Positions 46,008 to 60,821 of a stretch of DNA of 64,000 bases are shown here, one piece after another (the stretch's first letter is position 1; each line of letters starts with the position of its first letter). The DNA is taken from NCBI RefSeq assembly GCF_009914755.1, contig NC_060927.1, one strand, 5' to 3'. The notes under the pieces were generated by a model, which saw only the letters and a program-made list of their open reading frames with translations, was not told where the DNA came from and did not search any database. The translations under genes and the position numbers were made by a program. The DNA comes from the human T2T-CHM13v2.0 reference genome, Homo sapiens.

Positions 46008-47039
46008 AAGAATATGTGACTGCTTATCATCAAACTCAAGTATAGCTTACTGCAAACAATTTAAAATGAATACTTTACAAATAAAAACTAGCAGAGGAAA
46101 AGAGAACATTGTCTTTTGATACTGTCTTTTTAATTTCCTTGGGCCTGGTTCCTGGTTTTTTTTTTTTTTAGACCCCAGTAGCTTTCTTGTAGATATGAGG
46201 AAATAATCTTTCATTACAGTCTCATGGAAAAGAAAGTATGTCTAAGTGAACATTTTGAGAAAGAATCATAATATTCTGGTTGTGCTTTGGGTATTAATAG
46301 TGTAGCTAATAAATTTTACTCATTACTGTTTATAGGAATCAGATGTTTGGACAACGTGTTTTATCAAATGGATTAAAATATGCTTGAAAGCCTGGCAACA
46401 AATGGCAGAGTAATAATACTATAAAGTGTCTAGAGGCCTGGGTTAGATCTCATCTCTGTTAAACATCTGTGTTGATCATAGGAGAAAGTGTAGCAAGAAG
46501 AGCTATACTTGTTTAAGTACTGAATGTTTCTCTTTGAAACAGAGGCCCAGGTCATTAAGAAAGAAACCATTATAAGTTTCTTGAAGACTGATGTTTATTG
46601 CCTCTTCTTAAGTAATTATAGGCATATAGTGTTTAAAAAAATATATTGGTACTTACCTTATACAGAGTCTTAAAAGTTCAAATCTTAATAAAGATGTTTC
46701 CCCATCCCAGGGTTCTTAGTTTTCCTCTTTTTTTTTTTGGTTATTAGTGTACTTCAGTAGATTATCTTTTTGAAATTGTTTTTGTTTTTATCTAACTTAA
46801 ACATGGATTTACTTACTTTGCTCTAATGAGAGTATTATGGATTTTTTCCCATAACCCATAGCTGAGCATAATCATAAATACTAGAGGCATCACTTAATCA
46901 AATTTAGTATCATTCCCACAGATAACTAAAGCTTGTCACTTATATTCTTGAAATTTTTTACCTGCCTTTTCTTCGAACTTTTGAACTGATTTCTTGCTTT
47001 TCTTTATCTTTCTTGATCTTTTCTTCATGGATTCAAAAG

Positions 47040-47045
47040 GAAAAG
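47040..47045 (+). CDS. VPS8: VPS8 6-nt microexon (GAAAAG) adding Gly-Lys
   Basis: About 40-nt pyrimidine tract, aaag|GAAAAG|gtatag; turns IF-D-QNQ into IF-GKD-QNQ, which is the long VPS8 isoform as I recall it. Confidence 0.8.
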
Positions 47046-47939
47046 GTATAGTAAGTAATTTTAGTTTGCATGAATGGTTTCTTTTGGTCTTTTTAATGTT
47101 GGAAGAGAATGCTACCAATTATAGTCAATGTCCTCTTACGAAATGCTTATTGAAAAAAACCCAGCTAATTGAAAAATTAGTTAAGTGGGAAATTGTGAAA
47201 AACTGTAAATATATATATACCTTCAATGTTTTAACTGAAAAATATAATTTTTAACTGAAAGTATATACATTTTCATTTTTCCTTTGATCTTTTGATGTAG
47301 TCCCAAACCTTTTCTTTGAGTTTGTATTTGCCACTTGGGTTCTGAAGTATCTTTTTTGGCATAAACTTTCATCATTAATGGGTCATGCAAGATTTGCCAT
47401 TTTAAATTTTAAAAATGAGGTGAAAGCTTAAGCACCTGTGAGTCAATCAATGCATGCAAAATCCTAGATTTTAACAAAACTTTCAGTCTTTTCCTGTTAT
47501 ATTATGAACACCTTATTTTGTGACAGTTTTGTATAGAAACTCATCTTTACCAAGTTTTTCTAAATCATCCCATTTAATGTTCATGGAAACAACAGCTCTT
47601 TCTTTTTCACTCTGTTTCATTGGTTTATTTACTGTTTAAGTTTTAAAGTACAGTAACATTACAATGGCATGAACAGGCTTGGGAATGAATACAGCTGACT
47701 CATAGTAAGCATAAGCATTCTGGAAAATATCCAACTAGCAATGGGGATTCAGTATGCCCTGGCTTCAGTCAGTAAGCCTTACAGAGGGAAGGAGAACTTG
47801 AATTCTGTGAGTTGGTTTGCTGGAGGTCAGGTAAAAGTGCTTCTGTTGTTTTATGATCATCGATGAAAAATGTTTCCTGATTAGATCTTTTCTCCCTCGG
47901 TCCTAGAGAATATTTTAGTGTGAATAAAGGATAAGAAAA

Positions 47940-48373
<434 letters not shown>

Positions 48374-49277
48374 CTAATTTTGGTATATGGAAAGAGTTAA
48401 CAGAAATTCTTGAAGTATGTTCAAATTTAGATTTTAGGGCTGTTACAGACTTTGTACATTATTTGTGACTTTTCTTTGCTATTCAGCATATTATTCTTAA
48501 GTCCAGAATATGCTGAGGAGATCTACTCTAAGCAAAGTGTACTTTGAAAGACATGCTAATAAAAGATACAGATATAATTCAGGGCAATGCCAAATAGATG
48601 TGTTGTTTGTGATATTTGGCCTTCAAGTTATCTAAATTAATTGGTAAGCTATATTACTGTCATAAACAGTAATTCCTTGCATTTGTGCCATTTGGTGATT
48701 TTCTAATTTTTCATAGGCAAAACTCTTTGTCAACTCAGTGAAGTTTATAAGAAAGGTGATAGTCTCATTTCATATTTCTTGCCAGGGTAACCATTATTAA
48801 GACCCCTGCAATTTTTTTAAAACACAGATTTGACAGTAGTAACCAAATATACCTTTATGTGACTTTGTAAAGAAATTAGATATGCTGTTAATTTAATAAC
48901 TTTTTCCAACTGTAGACAAAGGAGACTTCAGAGAGGAGGAGGAGAATAGAATTTTTCCTTTTAAATTCATGAAATCAAGAGTAACCTGGAGTGGCTCTCA
49001 TTTTCACCTTCTGTCCAGGTCATTTTGTTCTTTACATGTATCCATGGAATTTAAGTGTTTTGAAGAGGTTTTATGTTTATTTTGGTCAAATATTTCCCAG
49101 AATTGTCCAGAATTTTCTGGACTACAGAATGTTTAGTTACTCTAGCAGGAGAAACCTCTTCAATAAGACTGCTTTCTTCTTTCCACAGAAATTCTACCTT
49201 TTCTGAATTTAGTCTAAATTATATAACAGCAAGTTTGTTAACATGGTACTATAAGGATAGGACATATGAAGAGGAGT

Positions 49278-49681
<404 letters not shown>

Positions 49682-51677
49682 TTAAGTGTATATATGAATG
49701 TAATCTATAAATTAGTTTGTGATGAGCACTTAGTAATATTCAAGGGACACTGAATTGGTTCCTTTGTGCATTATCTTACTTTACTCATTTATTCCTCTTA
49801 GCAACACAGTGAGATAATGGGCATTTTCTACATTTTACAGATGAAGATAGGGAGGCTAAGTGAATTTAAGAAACATTCCTAAAATTACCAAGACATACTG
49901 TAGTTGTAAGGCTTGTAACTATCTGTGGGGTAGGGGTGGAATTAAAATCCAGGTATCTGGTTTCATAGTCATGATACCTTCTAAAGGAACATTATAAAAA
50001 CAACAAATATATTGTAAAAAATCCAGAAAAAAGTTGAGAATGTTTCCATTAACAGATTTGTGGGCTGTAAATTTAATCCATATTGCAGGAATGGCTAAGA
50101 TTGATAATTTACTTCCCTGTCTTAGCTAGTTGATGGTATGTGGGAACAACAGTCAGGAAAGCACAGTCATGTTTGGTTTTTAATCTACAAGTTATGTCCT
50201 TTTCCTTCCCTCATTTCATCCATTGCCACTCTTCTCTATTTCCTCTTCATGGCACCCTTATTCTCTTTGTTATCATATTCTCAGTTCTCCTGCTTATACT
50301 TCCTGTGCCTGAAATAGTCCGATTTAAAGTATGAACGTTGTTAAATTAGAAAGTAGTAGTGAGAGTCTTTAAGTATTGGTGAATCAGAACTCTGTGAAGT
50401 TTGGATCTCAAAGCAGGGACTACAAAGGATCTTCGCAGTATGCTGCTTAGACATCGCTCTGTGCCTGGAAGGCAAGCGGTCCAAACTCCAGGGTATGAAA
50501 TTTCATACCAGCTCTATCTTTGTCCTCTTACTTTCAGTCCATCTGTTACCTATACATGTGACCCAGAGTAGAGGTATATATGGAATACTGTTGCCCAACC
50601 ATCATATCATGACAGTTTGCAAATTAAGGTATGTGGAGAATCCACTAACTATACAGCGTGGTTCTGATGAAATAAGGATCATGCAAAACATTATTTTAGG
50701 TAGGTAGTTTTGGAAGAGCAAAATAAAATGTGATGTTATATTTAGAGTCAGGAAAATTATAGAATAAAGGGAAGTTTTATAATTTGGATTAAATCGAGGA
50801 AGGGTGAAAAAATTGTAAGGAGGAGAACAGTCAGAATGTATTGAAAAATATCTGTAGTTGTAAAATTCTAGATGTGAATAAAGACAGTAACTTTTAAAAT
50901 ACATCAGACCTTGTATATTTATGAGTTATTCCTTTTCAGTGTTCACCTTGGAAGGCTAAAATCCAAAATGATTGAAAAAAATAGAGTATTTTCTATGTGC
51001 TATGTAGTTATACTCATTGTTTCAGAACTCTTTTTTGGGAAGGAGGGATTACTATTTAAGTCATTTTATGAGCACAGAAAAGGACTCTTACAGTATTCAC
51101 TCTGAATGGGCAAAAGGACTGACCTAATATTATTCCCTAGACCTGAGAATGAGTGACTGTGTCTGATAACTAGATTTACTTTTATAGAAGGAGAACTGGC
51201 AAATGTGAAAGCTATTCAGATGATTGTCAGATGCCTTCTAAGCACAAGGCATTAAGCAAGGTGCTTTGGGAGTGTTAATTCACTCATGATCTTAGCCCTC
51301 AGAGAGGTCATAGTGTAATAGGGGAGGTAAGACATACCCCAAAATTCACATGTAGATAATTAAGGGAGACACAAACAGTGCTGGGGAAGTTGCGAAAACT
51401 CCAAGTTGTGGAAATATGGTGTTTTTTGCATTTTTCTAAATAGTTAAATTTTGTAGGCATGCATTCTGACATTTAAATTTTTAATTTCATTGTTTTCAAG
51501 TGGGTATAATAATGAACTCTAGACAAAATAAGCATTGCCTAGGAGAAACCCTAGAGAAATTTCTTTTAATTATTAGATAACAGAATTTAATAAATATTTG
51601 AGTGCCTCCTGGAGAAATCAGAGGTGATTAAGGCAAGATCCTCGCCCTTATCACCCTTAACAAACTTAATCTAATAG

Positions 51678-52012
<335 letters not shown>

Positions 52013-52342
52013 ACTTTTAGCATATCAAATTTTGATGTTTGAAATAATTTTCTGAAGCTGTTTAAATGTTTACTCTGTAATTTGCACCGTTAATTAGCTT
52101 AGTAAATTTTCTTTATGGATAATATAAATGTAAATTTCAGCCAAATTCTAAATTAAGTTTCTTGAGTTTTGAAGTTTTATAGTTATTTTAAAAGACGATG
52201 GTATTCCCGATAACTTTGCATCTTAAAAATAGCAAGAAATACAATTCTAGGATGAGACAGGTGACGGTTTGTTTAAGGAGATACAGATTACATGTGGATT
52301 TTTTGGCTTATCATTAGCATTTTTTATTATGCTTCCTTGTAG

Positions 52343-52693
<351 letters not shown>

Positions 52694-52870
52694 TAATTCA
52701 ACGCCCAGCATCTGCTAGTTGCTCAATAAATATATTTAAAAATGAATGTGACTTCATTATCTGCTGCTTTTGATTCTTGTCACCTCCCAAGTCTTTGAAA
52801 GCATGCCTGTACTCGATGTATTTACTCTCTTGCATTTCCTTCACTTGACTTTAAAAACTGCTTTCTTTAG

Positions 52871-52995
52871 ATCAGAATCAAGCTTTGCGACTCTGTCTGG
52901 GTAGCACTAGTGTTGGAGGTCAGTATGGCGCTATCTCTGCCCTCAGTATCAACAATGATTGCTCAAGACTTCTTTGTGGCTTTGCTAAAGGACAG
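52871..52995 (+). CDS. VPS8: VPS8 exon 9
   Basis: ctttag|ATCAG...CAG|gtaaga; 125 nt; (D)QNQALRLCLGSTSVGGQYGAISALSINNDCSRLLCGFAKGQ. Confidence 0.95.
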
Positions 52996-53735
52996 GTAAG
53001 ATATGAACCTCCTTTAATTCATAAGACAATGTTAAAACAAGATGAATTTACAAAAACTTACATCTTAGATCAAAGACCAAAATACGTGTTATGAAGTAAT
53101 ATGTTTGTAGAGCTAACCAGAGATTGCTGAATCTGAGTTTTGTCTTGTTCAAAATTTTACATAATTGTTATCGACTGACCCAGAGTCTGTAATTTTTTAT
53201 ATCCTAGTTCATGTGTCTATTTGAGTAAATAATTTTTGTAAACCAACCAGGGATGTTATATAAAATGTACTTCCTTACAGTCGTGTAAATAATGGAGGCT
53301 GCTTTTTAGAAAGATTCTGTGTTCCTGGATAACGATTTTTGCATTTCTTTCTTCTTCTGAAACTGGCATTAGATTATGGTTTTTTTATCTTCTGATTCAT
53401 ACATCACTAGCTAGTTTGGCAGTAAGCCTTTCCGATACTTTTTACTAGTGCTAAACAGATTGACTTATTAGAGAAATATCTTTTGTCTCTCAGTATGAGA
53501 ACAACATTTAAAATCTAAAGGGAGAAGTAGGATGGGCAGGATGAAGGGTAAATGAAGATCGAATAAAGGCTCTATGCTTTAATGGATCTGCAACCTTTAG
53601 GTATGTTTTAACTTTATAGTTCTTTGCCTGCAATGTTTATAGTCAAGGAATAGATTATTCCAGCCAGAAGGCAGGATACTTAAGTCCAAAAAAAGAGCAA
53701 TAAATTTGTTTTTGAAGCACTTAGTTGTCTTATAG

Positions 53736-53822
53736 ATCACCATGTGGGATTTGGCCAGTGGAAAACTTCTAAGATCAATAACAGATGCTCATCCTCCAGG
53801 AACAGCAATATTGCATATCAAG
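53736..53822 (+). CDS. VPS8: VPS8 exon 10
   Basis: tatag|ATC...AAG|gtaaga; 87 nt; ITMWDLASGKLLRSITDAHPPGTAILHIK, with the WD dipeptide. Confidence 0.95.
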
Positions 53823-55265
53823 GTAAGAGCTTTATTTTCTTTTCCTAATAATTTTTTTATTATGCCTTTGTGTTTATTTTAAAGTAAATTTCTCTATGTT
53901 GATGATCAGAGTCCAAAAAATGTATTTAACATGAAGCTGAACATTACCTTATAAATAGAATCCTCAACATTGAGCTGTCTTTTATTTGACTAGCCCAACA
54001 TGATGTTTTTCCAGGTTAAAACTAGAGATGGGCTAGTATGGAAATACTCAGCTTCAAGTTGTATTGAAGTCTAATTGATACAGCGGCAAAAAGGGCAAAT
54101 TGGTGTGTTGCTAGACTAGAGTTTGGCCATAAAGATGGGCAGCACCCTGCTGAAACTCATATGGAGCTCTTAAAAGGTCTTTTTACCTTTGTTTAGGTCA
54201 TCAAAATTTTATTGCTGAGGTGGTGTGCTCTGTCACCCTTTTTTGGGAGTTGCCTGAGGTTCAAGGCACAGATCGTGAAAAAACCAAGGTTTGGATTATG
54301 TTTAGAAATGAATCTATTGGTTTATTTTCTTTCAGGCCTCTAAAGGGAAAGCATTAAGATCCTAGTCTTGGCTTTCTCCTTATAGGCCTGAAAAAATAAA
54401 CTGACTTAGGTAACAGATTTCATTTATAAATACAATGTGAATGTTGATTCTTCCACGCTGTCAAGCCCATGTTCAGAAGCATAAAAGGTAAAGGATTATA
54501 ACTAGAGAAGTCTAAAATCAGATCTTCTAGATTTTAATCATCTACACATTTTGTTGCTTAGCTCTGCAGAGCTCTGTCATCCGTAAGTATGCTTTTTAAA
54601 GTCTGCAAGCATCTGGAGTTTGTATGTCTGTATCTAAGTTAGTTACAAAAAAGTCTTCTGTGACAGAGCAGCGTTGAAGCATTTAGTAACAATAAAAACA
54701 ACCAAGACAAGTAAAAGTGGAGAGAATTTCTTCTCTTTCAGAGCATTATGGCAAAGTATCTTGACCTCTTTTCATATGGCTTGTGCCAACTTCTAATATG
54801 TTATAGTTGTTTGTATATATGTCTTATCTCTCTTAGTGGATGAATGTCTTTGAAATCACAATCTGTTTGTCATTTATTTTTGTGTTTTACCCATAGTAGC
54901 TGCTCAATAAATATTTGATTGAAGGAAAAACTAGATGGTGGTGTTTATACAAGAGAAATCCTTTTGCAGAAAAAAAAATACTGGGAGAAAGAATAAGAAA
55001 CAGAAGAGATAAAAGCAGAGAGAAAAGAGAAGAATGCAGTTGAGATAAATAACATATAGTAGGAGCCATTGTGTTGCTTGACAATGGTGATGAAGGTGGT
55101 ACATGTAGATAATAACACTGGAGTAAGACACATAGGATTGAATATTTCTGAAGTCTTCTACTGACATCAGCCACTTGCATTTTAATACTCCTACACGTTG
55201 TTCTCCAAACTTAAGCCTGTATCTCATCAATAACAATTTGGAATTTCATTCTTTATGGATATTTA

Positions 55266-55283
55266 TGTGTGTGTGTGTGTGTG
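55266..55283. repeat. (TG)n microsatellite
   Basis: About 9 TG units. Confidence 0.85.
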
Positions 55284-56299
55284 CGTTTATATGAATACAC
55301 TACTTTACTAATTTTTATGTACATTATAAAGCACGTACAAAAGAAATAGAAAATTAAACAGAAATACAAGTTCTGTTATTTTTCCTGCACTCCAGCGGAC
55401 CATGTCATGCACACACCTAGGGTATATGCTTCCCACTCTGGCAACTGCTCATCGAGGCTGTAAGAGCAAAGTTGTGGGGCTTCTTAACTATGCGTGTGTT
55501 TGGGTCAAGGAAGAAGAATTTTACAGTGGCCTCCAGTACCTCAGCCATCCCTGACTGGGAACCTGAGGCGTGCTATTTAGGATGGTTCACTAACCTTTGA
55601 GTTTAGGGAGGATAGTCACTGTAAATGGTACAAGTTCAGTTTATTCCATTTTGTGTCATGCAGCATTGACCATACTTCAGGTCACCTTAGGACTGTCTGT
55701 CATTGTGAACATGACTTATTATTCTGAGTTTTCTAAGTTAGGTAGTGATAACTGAAGTATATGCTGTGGAAGAAGATCAAGGAGGTAGCACGTTTTGGGA
55801 AGAGTTACATATGAAAAGTTAAAATGTTTTAGATATAGTGGACTTACTTTTCAGCTATTCAGAAGACATATTCAGATAAGTTTATTTCTCAAAGATACCA
55901 AGTATTTTTTAGAGTCTTTATTCTTTAAAACTGGGCAGGTGTAAATGTAACCAAAGGATCTCATTTACTTAGTAATAGCAAGTTACAAAAAGTTATTGTA
56001 AGAACCCAAATAGAGAACTTTAGGGTTTTTAATCAATCATAGTTTGTATTTTTCTTTTATCGTGATGAAAGGTGGTTTTGCTTTTTGAAAGCCTCTGTTT
56101 TTTTAAAGATATTGGACCATTATTACTCTAAATAAAGGTAAGTTTGTAAGTTTAGAGTGATGAGCACTGAATCTAGTTTAGGTTATTTCAAAAGCTATTA
56201 AATGTGTATATTGTAGTTTTTCAAAATTGTATAATTTTTTCCTCCTTAATACTTGACTGTTTAAAAATGTACAAGAAAATAAATTCCTTCTCTGTTTAG

Positions 56300-56367
56300 T
56301 TTACAGATGATCCAACTCTTGCAATTTGCAACGACAGCGGAGGCTCTGTTTTTGAATTGACATTTAA
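56300..56367 (+). CDS. VPS8: VPS8 exon 11
   Basis: tttag|TTTACA...TTTAA|gtaaga; 68 nt; FTDDPTLAICNDSGGSVFELTF(K). Confidence 0.92.
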
Positions 56368-56939
56368 GTAAGAGACTAGTGGACATTTGTTGACAAATGA
56401 AAAGACTAGCTCTGTTTTAATGATTTGAAATTGAACATGAAGAGGACTAGAAAGCCCCTGTAATTGAGAGTAGATTATGACTGTGTATTACAATTACCTG
56501 GGAAGGCTTATATTAATAGAACAAACAGAGTTCTGGGCCTGGTCCTCCCGAGTTTTATCTCAGTAGGTCTGAGTTGAGATTCTAGACTCCTACTCCCCAG
56601 AAGATTCTTATATGCTGTCAAGCTTGGGACCACTCTTCTGGAATAGCTCACTAATTTTGGTTTAGGCTCAAGGCCCAGTTGATTTTAATCATAATGGGCA
56701 GGTGTAAACAGGTTTTTAATTATCTTAGAATTGCCATGTTTGCTCTTTAAGAGCAAAGACTGTCTAGATACATCAAAGAACATTTAGGAAGCAGAGTTTT
56801 TTGAAAAGTAGAACATAATATTCATTGAATATTATGTCTCCATAAGTTCTTCAAGGTTAACAACTATCTTTGTTTCTTGTGTTTCTCATAGCTTCTAACA
56901 ATGCTAAGTACAAAGTAATTTCTGAAAAAAACATACTTC

Positions 56940-57620
56940 TTATTCAGTTAATGTTTATTGAGCATCTCCTATGTGTAGGTATTTATCTAGATCCCAGAGT
57001 TATAGCTGTGAACCAAGCAAAGTTTCTGCTCTAAGAGAACTTACATTCTAGCTGCAGTAAGGGTAAGGAAACAGCAAACCAGCACGTAAATGAAATCACC
57101 TCAGATGGATGTAAGTGCTGTGAAGAAAACAAGACAGGGGATTGCACTAGGTTGTACTTGAGGATAATTCTGGAATGCCTTTCTCAGAAGGGGCAACATC
57201 TGGAAAAATAACTGAATGGTGAGCCAGTCAACAAATGCACAGATCTGAGGAAAATATTCCAGGCAGAGACCATTCAGACACAAAGACTTTGAGGTGGCCA
57301 CAAACTTGGCATGCTAGAGCAATGGAAGAAAGCAGGTGTGGCTGGAGTGTGACTTTGTCAGGAACACAATAATGGGAGAGGAGTGAAGGGAGAGCCAGAT
57401 CATATCCTTTTAAGACATGGGAAAGAGTTTGGATTTTATTTTTTATGTACAGTAGCAAGCCAGTGGACTGTTTTTGGCAGAAAAATAAATGAATCTGACT
57501 TGTATAATAAAAAGACCATGCTGCTGTCCTGTGGAGCTTGGATTGTTGGGGGTTAAGGAGGTAGGAGGTAGGAGGCTATGAAAGTAGTCCAGGTAGAGAT
57601 AGTAGTGCCTTGGATCATTG
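56940..57620. mobile_element. L2 fragment ending just upstream of exon 12
   Basis: TTTATTGAGCATCTCCTATGTG...GAGTTTGGATTTTATT...GTAGTCCAGGTAGAGAT. Confidence 0.8.
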
Positions 57621-57656
57621 CTAAATTGATTCTGAATTTTCAAATTGCATTTTCAG

Positions 57657-57810
57657 GAGAGTGATGGGAGTGAGAACCTGTGAATCTAGATGTCTGTTCA
57701 GTGGTTCCAAGGGTGAAGTCTGCTGTATTGAGCCTCTGCATTCTAAGCCTGAGTTGAAAGATCATCCCATCACACAGTTTTCATTATTGGCCATGGCATC
57801 CTTGACAAAA
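57657..57810 (+). CDS. VPS8: VPS8 exon 12
   Basis: ttcag|GAGA...AAA|gtaagt; 154 nt; RVMGVRTCESRCLFSGSKGEVCCIEPLHSKPELKDHPITQFSLLAMASLTK. Confidence 0.95.
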
Positions 57811-57913
57811 GTAAGTGTATTTAGAAGTTAAAACTCAGAACTTTTAGAAGCTTTGAATACCAAATATTTGAAAATTCCAAGGTCAATATTGAAAACATAT
57901 TTTTCTCTTACAG

Positions 57914-57973
57914 ATACTGGTCATTGGATTGAAACCATCCTTGAAAGTATGGATGACTTTTCCCTATGGCCGG
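57914..57973 (+). CDS. VPS8: VPS8 exon 13
   Basis: tacag|ATA...CGG|gtgagt; 60 nt; ILVIGLKPSLKVWMTFPYGR; preceded by a 103-nt intron. Confidence 0.95.
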
Positions 57974-58949
57974 GTGAGTACGTCCCTCCATCTTATTTGC
58001 CAAAGGAAGGACCATGTCAGGAGGTTGAGAGAGATGGCTTGCAAGGGGTGAATTCTATGAGATTGTCAGAAAACTAGACAGGATGAAAGTCAGTGCTCCA
58101 GAGATCGTTGGCTGGACTTGCCTTAAGGTGATCAAAGCATCATAAAGCTGATGACCAGCACAGTGTCCTAGGGATCATGAGTCTTGTACTTTTCCACTTT
58201 ATCACTTTAAGCTTTTCTCTCATAGACAGCATACAGTTGGCTTTTGTTCTTAACCTTAACTTGACAGTCCCTGTATATTGCTGTCCTGGTACTCTGTGGT
58301 CACACCTAACTTCATGCATGGCATTTCCTAGCTTCATTCGTTGCCCTTCTGAGTGCAGTAAAATTCCCTTATCAGATTTAAAGTTGAAGGATAAGTTGAT
58401 TTATTGAGTCCAAGCCCTGATTTTCAGTGTTTGAAAGATACTTGTTTTTACATGGCTGCTGTGCTGAGACAGGCTTATACTCACTGCCTGCAGCTTTGGC
58501 ACTGAACTATGGATAGAGTAGACCCCACTGTAATATGCGCCATAGATTGCTATTACATGTGCTTTCCCTGGCTTCTGCCTCTGATAATTTACTTTGGAGG
58601 ATGATACTTCCTAGCATGTGTTATTTATATCCCAGTTTTCCCTTTTTTTTCTTCTTGATTGTTTTCAGAGTTGTAATCTTCCAATGTATATATGAGGAGA
58701 GGTGTTGATAGGATGGGATGGAGAATGGTGGTACAGAACTCTGGCTGGTGCAGAAAGCGTTCCCTATGGTGAAGGAACTCACTTTTGTTTTCTTGTTGGT
58801 ACCCTGTGTGTCTCTGGGCCCTAGGGGAAGCAGGTCTATCCTTTCAGATGGCAAAACTGGCTTAGATGGCCATTAACATTTGTTAGATTAGCTTCATTGG
58901 CGAATTGAGATTTTTTTCATGGTGTTATGTGTTTGCTTCTTTTTGTATG

Positions 58950-59380
58950 TTTTTATTGTTTTTTTTCAACATTTTATTATAAACATTTTCAAACAAAATT
59001 GAATTTTACATTGAATACTTGTATAGCTACCATTTAAATTCTATAATTAACATTTACTGCCCTTTATTACATATCTGTCCATCTACCCATCCCTCTGTCC
59101 ACTTATCAAATTATATTTTTTATGTATTTCAAAGGAAATTTCAGAAACCAGTATTCTTTCCCCTAAATATTTAGCATGCATATTATTAGCTAGAGTTTAA
59201 TACTTCTTTAGGTTTTTCCTTTGGTGTAGAATATACATACAAAGAAATGCACAGATCTTGAGTGTACATTTGCTGAACTTTGACAAATGCTTAACACTTT
59301 TGTAACTCAAATGCCTATCAAGATGTAGAACATTACCATCAACCCAGAAAGTTCCCTCATGATACCTCCCAGTTAGTTCT
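58950..59380 (-). mobile_element. Old L1M 3' ends
   Basis: ATGCACAGATCTTGAGTGTACA...CCCAGAAAGTTCCCTCATG. Confidence 0.65.
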
Positions 59381-59510
59381 TGCTTTACTGAGAAATTGGG
59401 GAAAGTTTTTATCAAGGAACACTAGTCAGATGCTGTTTTTAACCATAGTTTTCTCTTTGTCCCCTTGTTTATTAACTGTGATGATTTTTTTTTTCCATCT
59501 CCCTACTTAG

Positions 59511-59618
59511 ATGGATCCTTCCAGTGTGCCACTGCTGGCCTGGCACTTTGTAGCAGTACAAAATTACGTGAATCCCATGCTTGCCTTCTGCAGAGGAGAT
59601 GTTGTTCATTTTCTATTG
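59511..59618 (+). CDS. VPS8: VPS8 exon 14
   Basis: cttag|ATG...TTG|gtaagt; 108 nt; MDPSSVPLLAWHFVAVQNYVNPMLAFCRGDVVHFLL. Confidence 0.95.
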
Positions 59619-60680
59619 GTAAGTCCTAATATGACCATTAGAAAGCCTCTTACAATTTTTTTTATTCATCAGCAATTAATAATGTGTCAGAGAAATTTGT
59701 GTTACTATCCTAAGTCTTTGGAGAGAGAGTGACCTATTTAATTTTTATCTAAGGCTTTAATGATTAGCATCGGAAAATGGTGATCACTCTCAGCTACATA
59801 ACTTCTCATGGTTTATTTCTCAGCTTCATTTCTTTGACTGACAAATAATTAATGGTATATGTAAATGTATAAAGATATGAATGTGAATATGTGTTAATGT
59901 ATGTGCAACTACATATGTGTGTATTAATGACAGCAAGTATCATTGAGCACCTATTATGTCCTCTACACTGTGATGGGCACAAGCAGCAAAGGAAAGAAGG
60001 AAGTATACAACATAATTTCATCTTCCACACAGCTTATAATCTTGTTTGAAAAGCAAAATCAGTGTGTTCATTATTACTACAGAAAATGGTTTAAGGATTG
60101 AACTATGTGATGAAAATCAAGCTGATGTAAATTCAGAGTACAAAGTGATTAGTATGGACTAGAGAGAGTATTAATGGCTTTATGAAGGATATACTGCAAC
60201 TACTGCAGGAAGGGTAGGTATGCATACTGGGGGAAGTGAGATGAACTGAAGTCACAGAGGCAAGAATGTGCCTTTGTATTAATAATCTCTTGCGTTTCCT
60301 AGCTCAGTGAAGCAAGTTCACCACTGTCCACCTAGTTTCTCCAGCCAGAAACTTACGAGTTACTTTTCAGTTACCTTTCTCTCTTCATATGTGCTCTATC
60401 ACCAAGTCCTATTGACTCTACCTCCAAAAATCTCTTGAATTTCTCCTTTTTTGTCTCCCCCATTGCTGTTTCCTTAGTCTAAATCATGTACATGTCTAGC
60501 CTGGATTCTGCCATAGCTTCCTAGCTAGTCTCTGGCCTCAGTGCCTTTTACATATACTGTTGCCTCTGCCAGGAAAGTTCTGTGCTATCTTCTGTTGTCT
60601 CTGAGCTCATGATTAACATGACCTTCCCTGGCCTCTGAACTAAGTTAGTTACATGCATCTTTTGATAACATTCAGCACTT

Positions 60681-60821
60681 AAAAAAAAACAAAAGAGGGA
60701 CGAGGTCTTGCGGGTCTCCAACCAAGGCCCAGGCTGACTCTCGAACTCCTGGCCTCAAGCGTTCCTCCCACCTCAGCCTCCCAAATATTGGGATTACAAG
60801 TGTGAGCCATTGTGCTTGGCC
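60681..60821 (-). mobile_element. FLAM_C-like Alu monomer inside L2
   Basis: Monomer; TSD ACATTCAGCACTT at 60668-60680 and 60822-60834. Confidence 0.85.

Noticed and set aside
59511-59732. ORFs 52885-53094 and 59511-59732 as standalone genes
   Set aside because: They are VPS8 exons 9 and 14 read through into the following introns.
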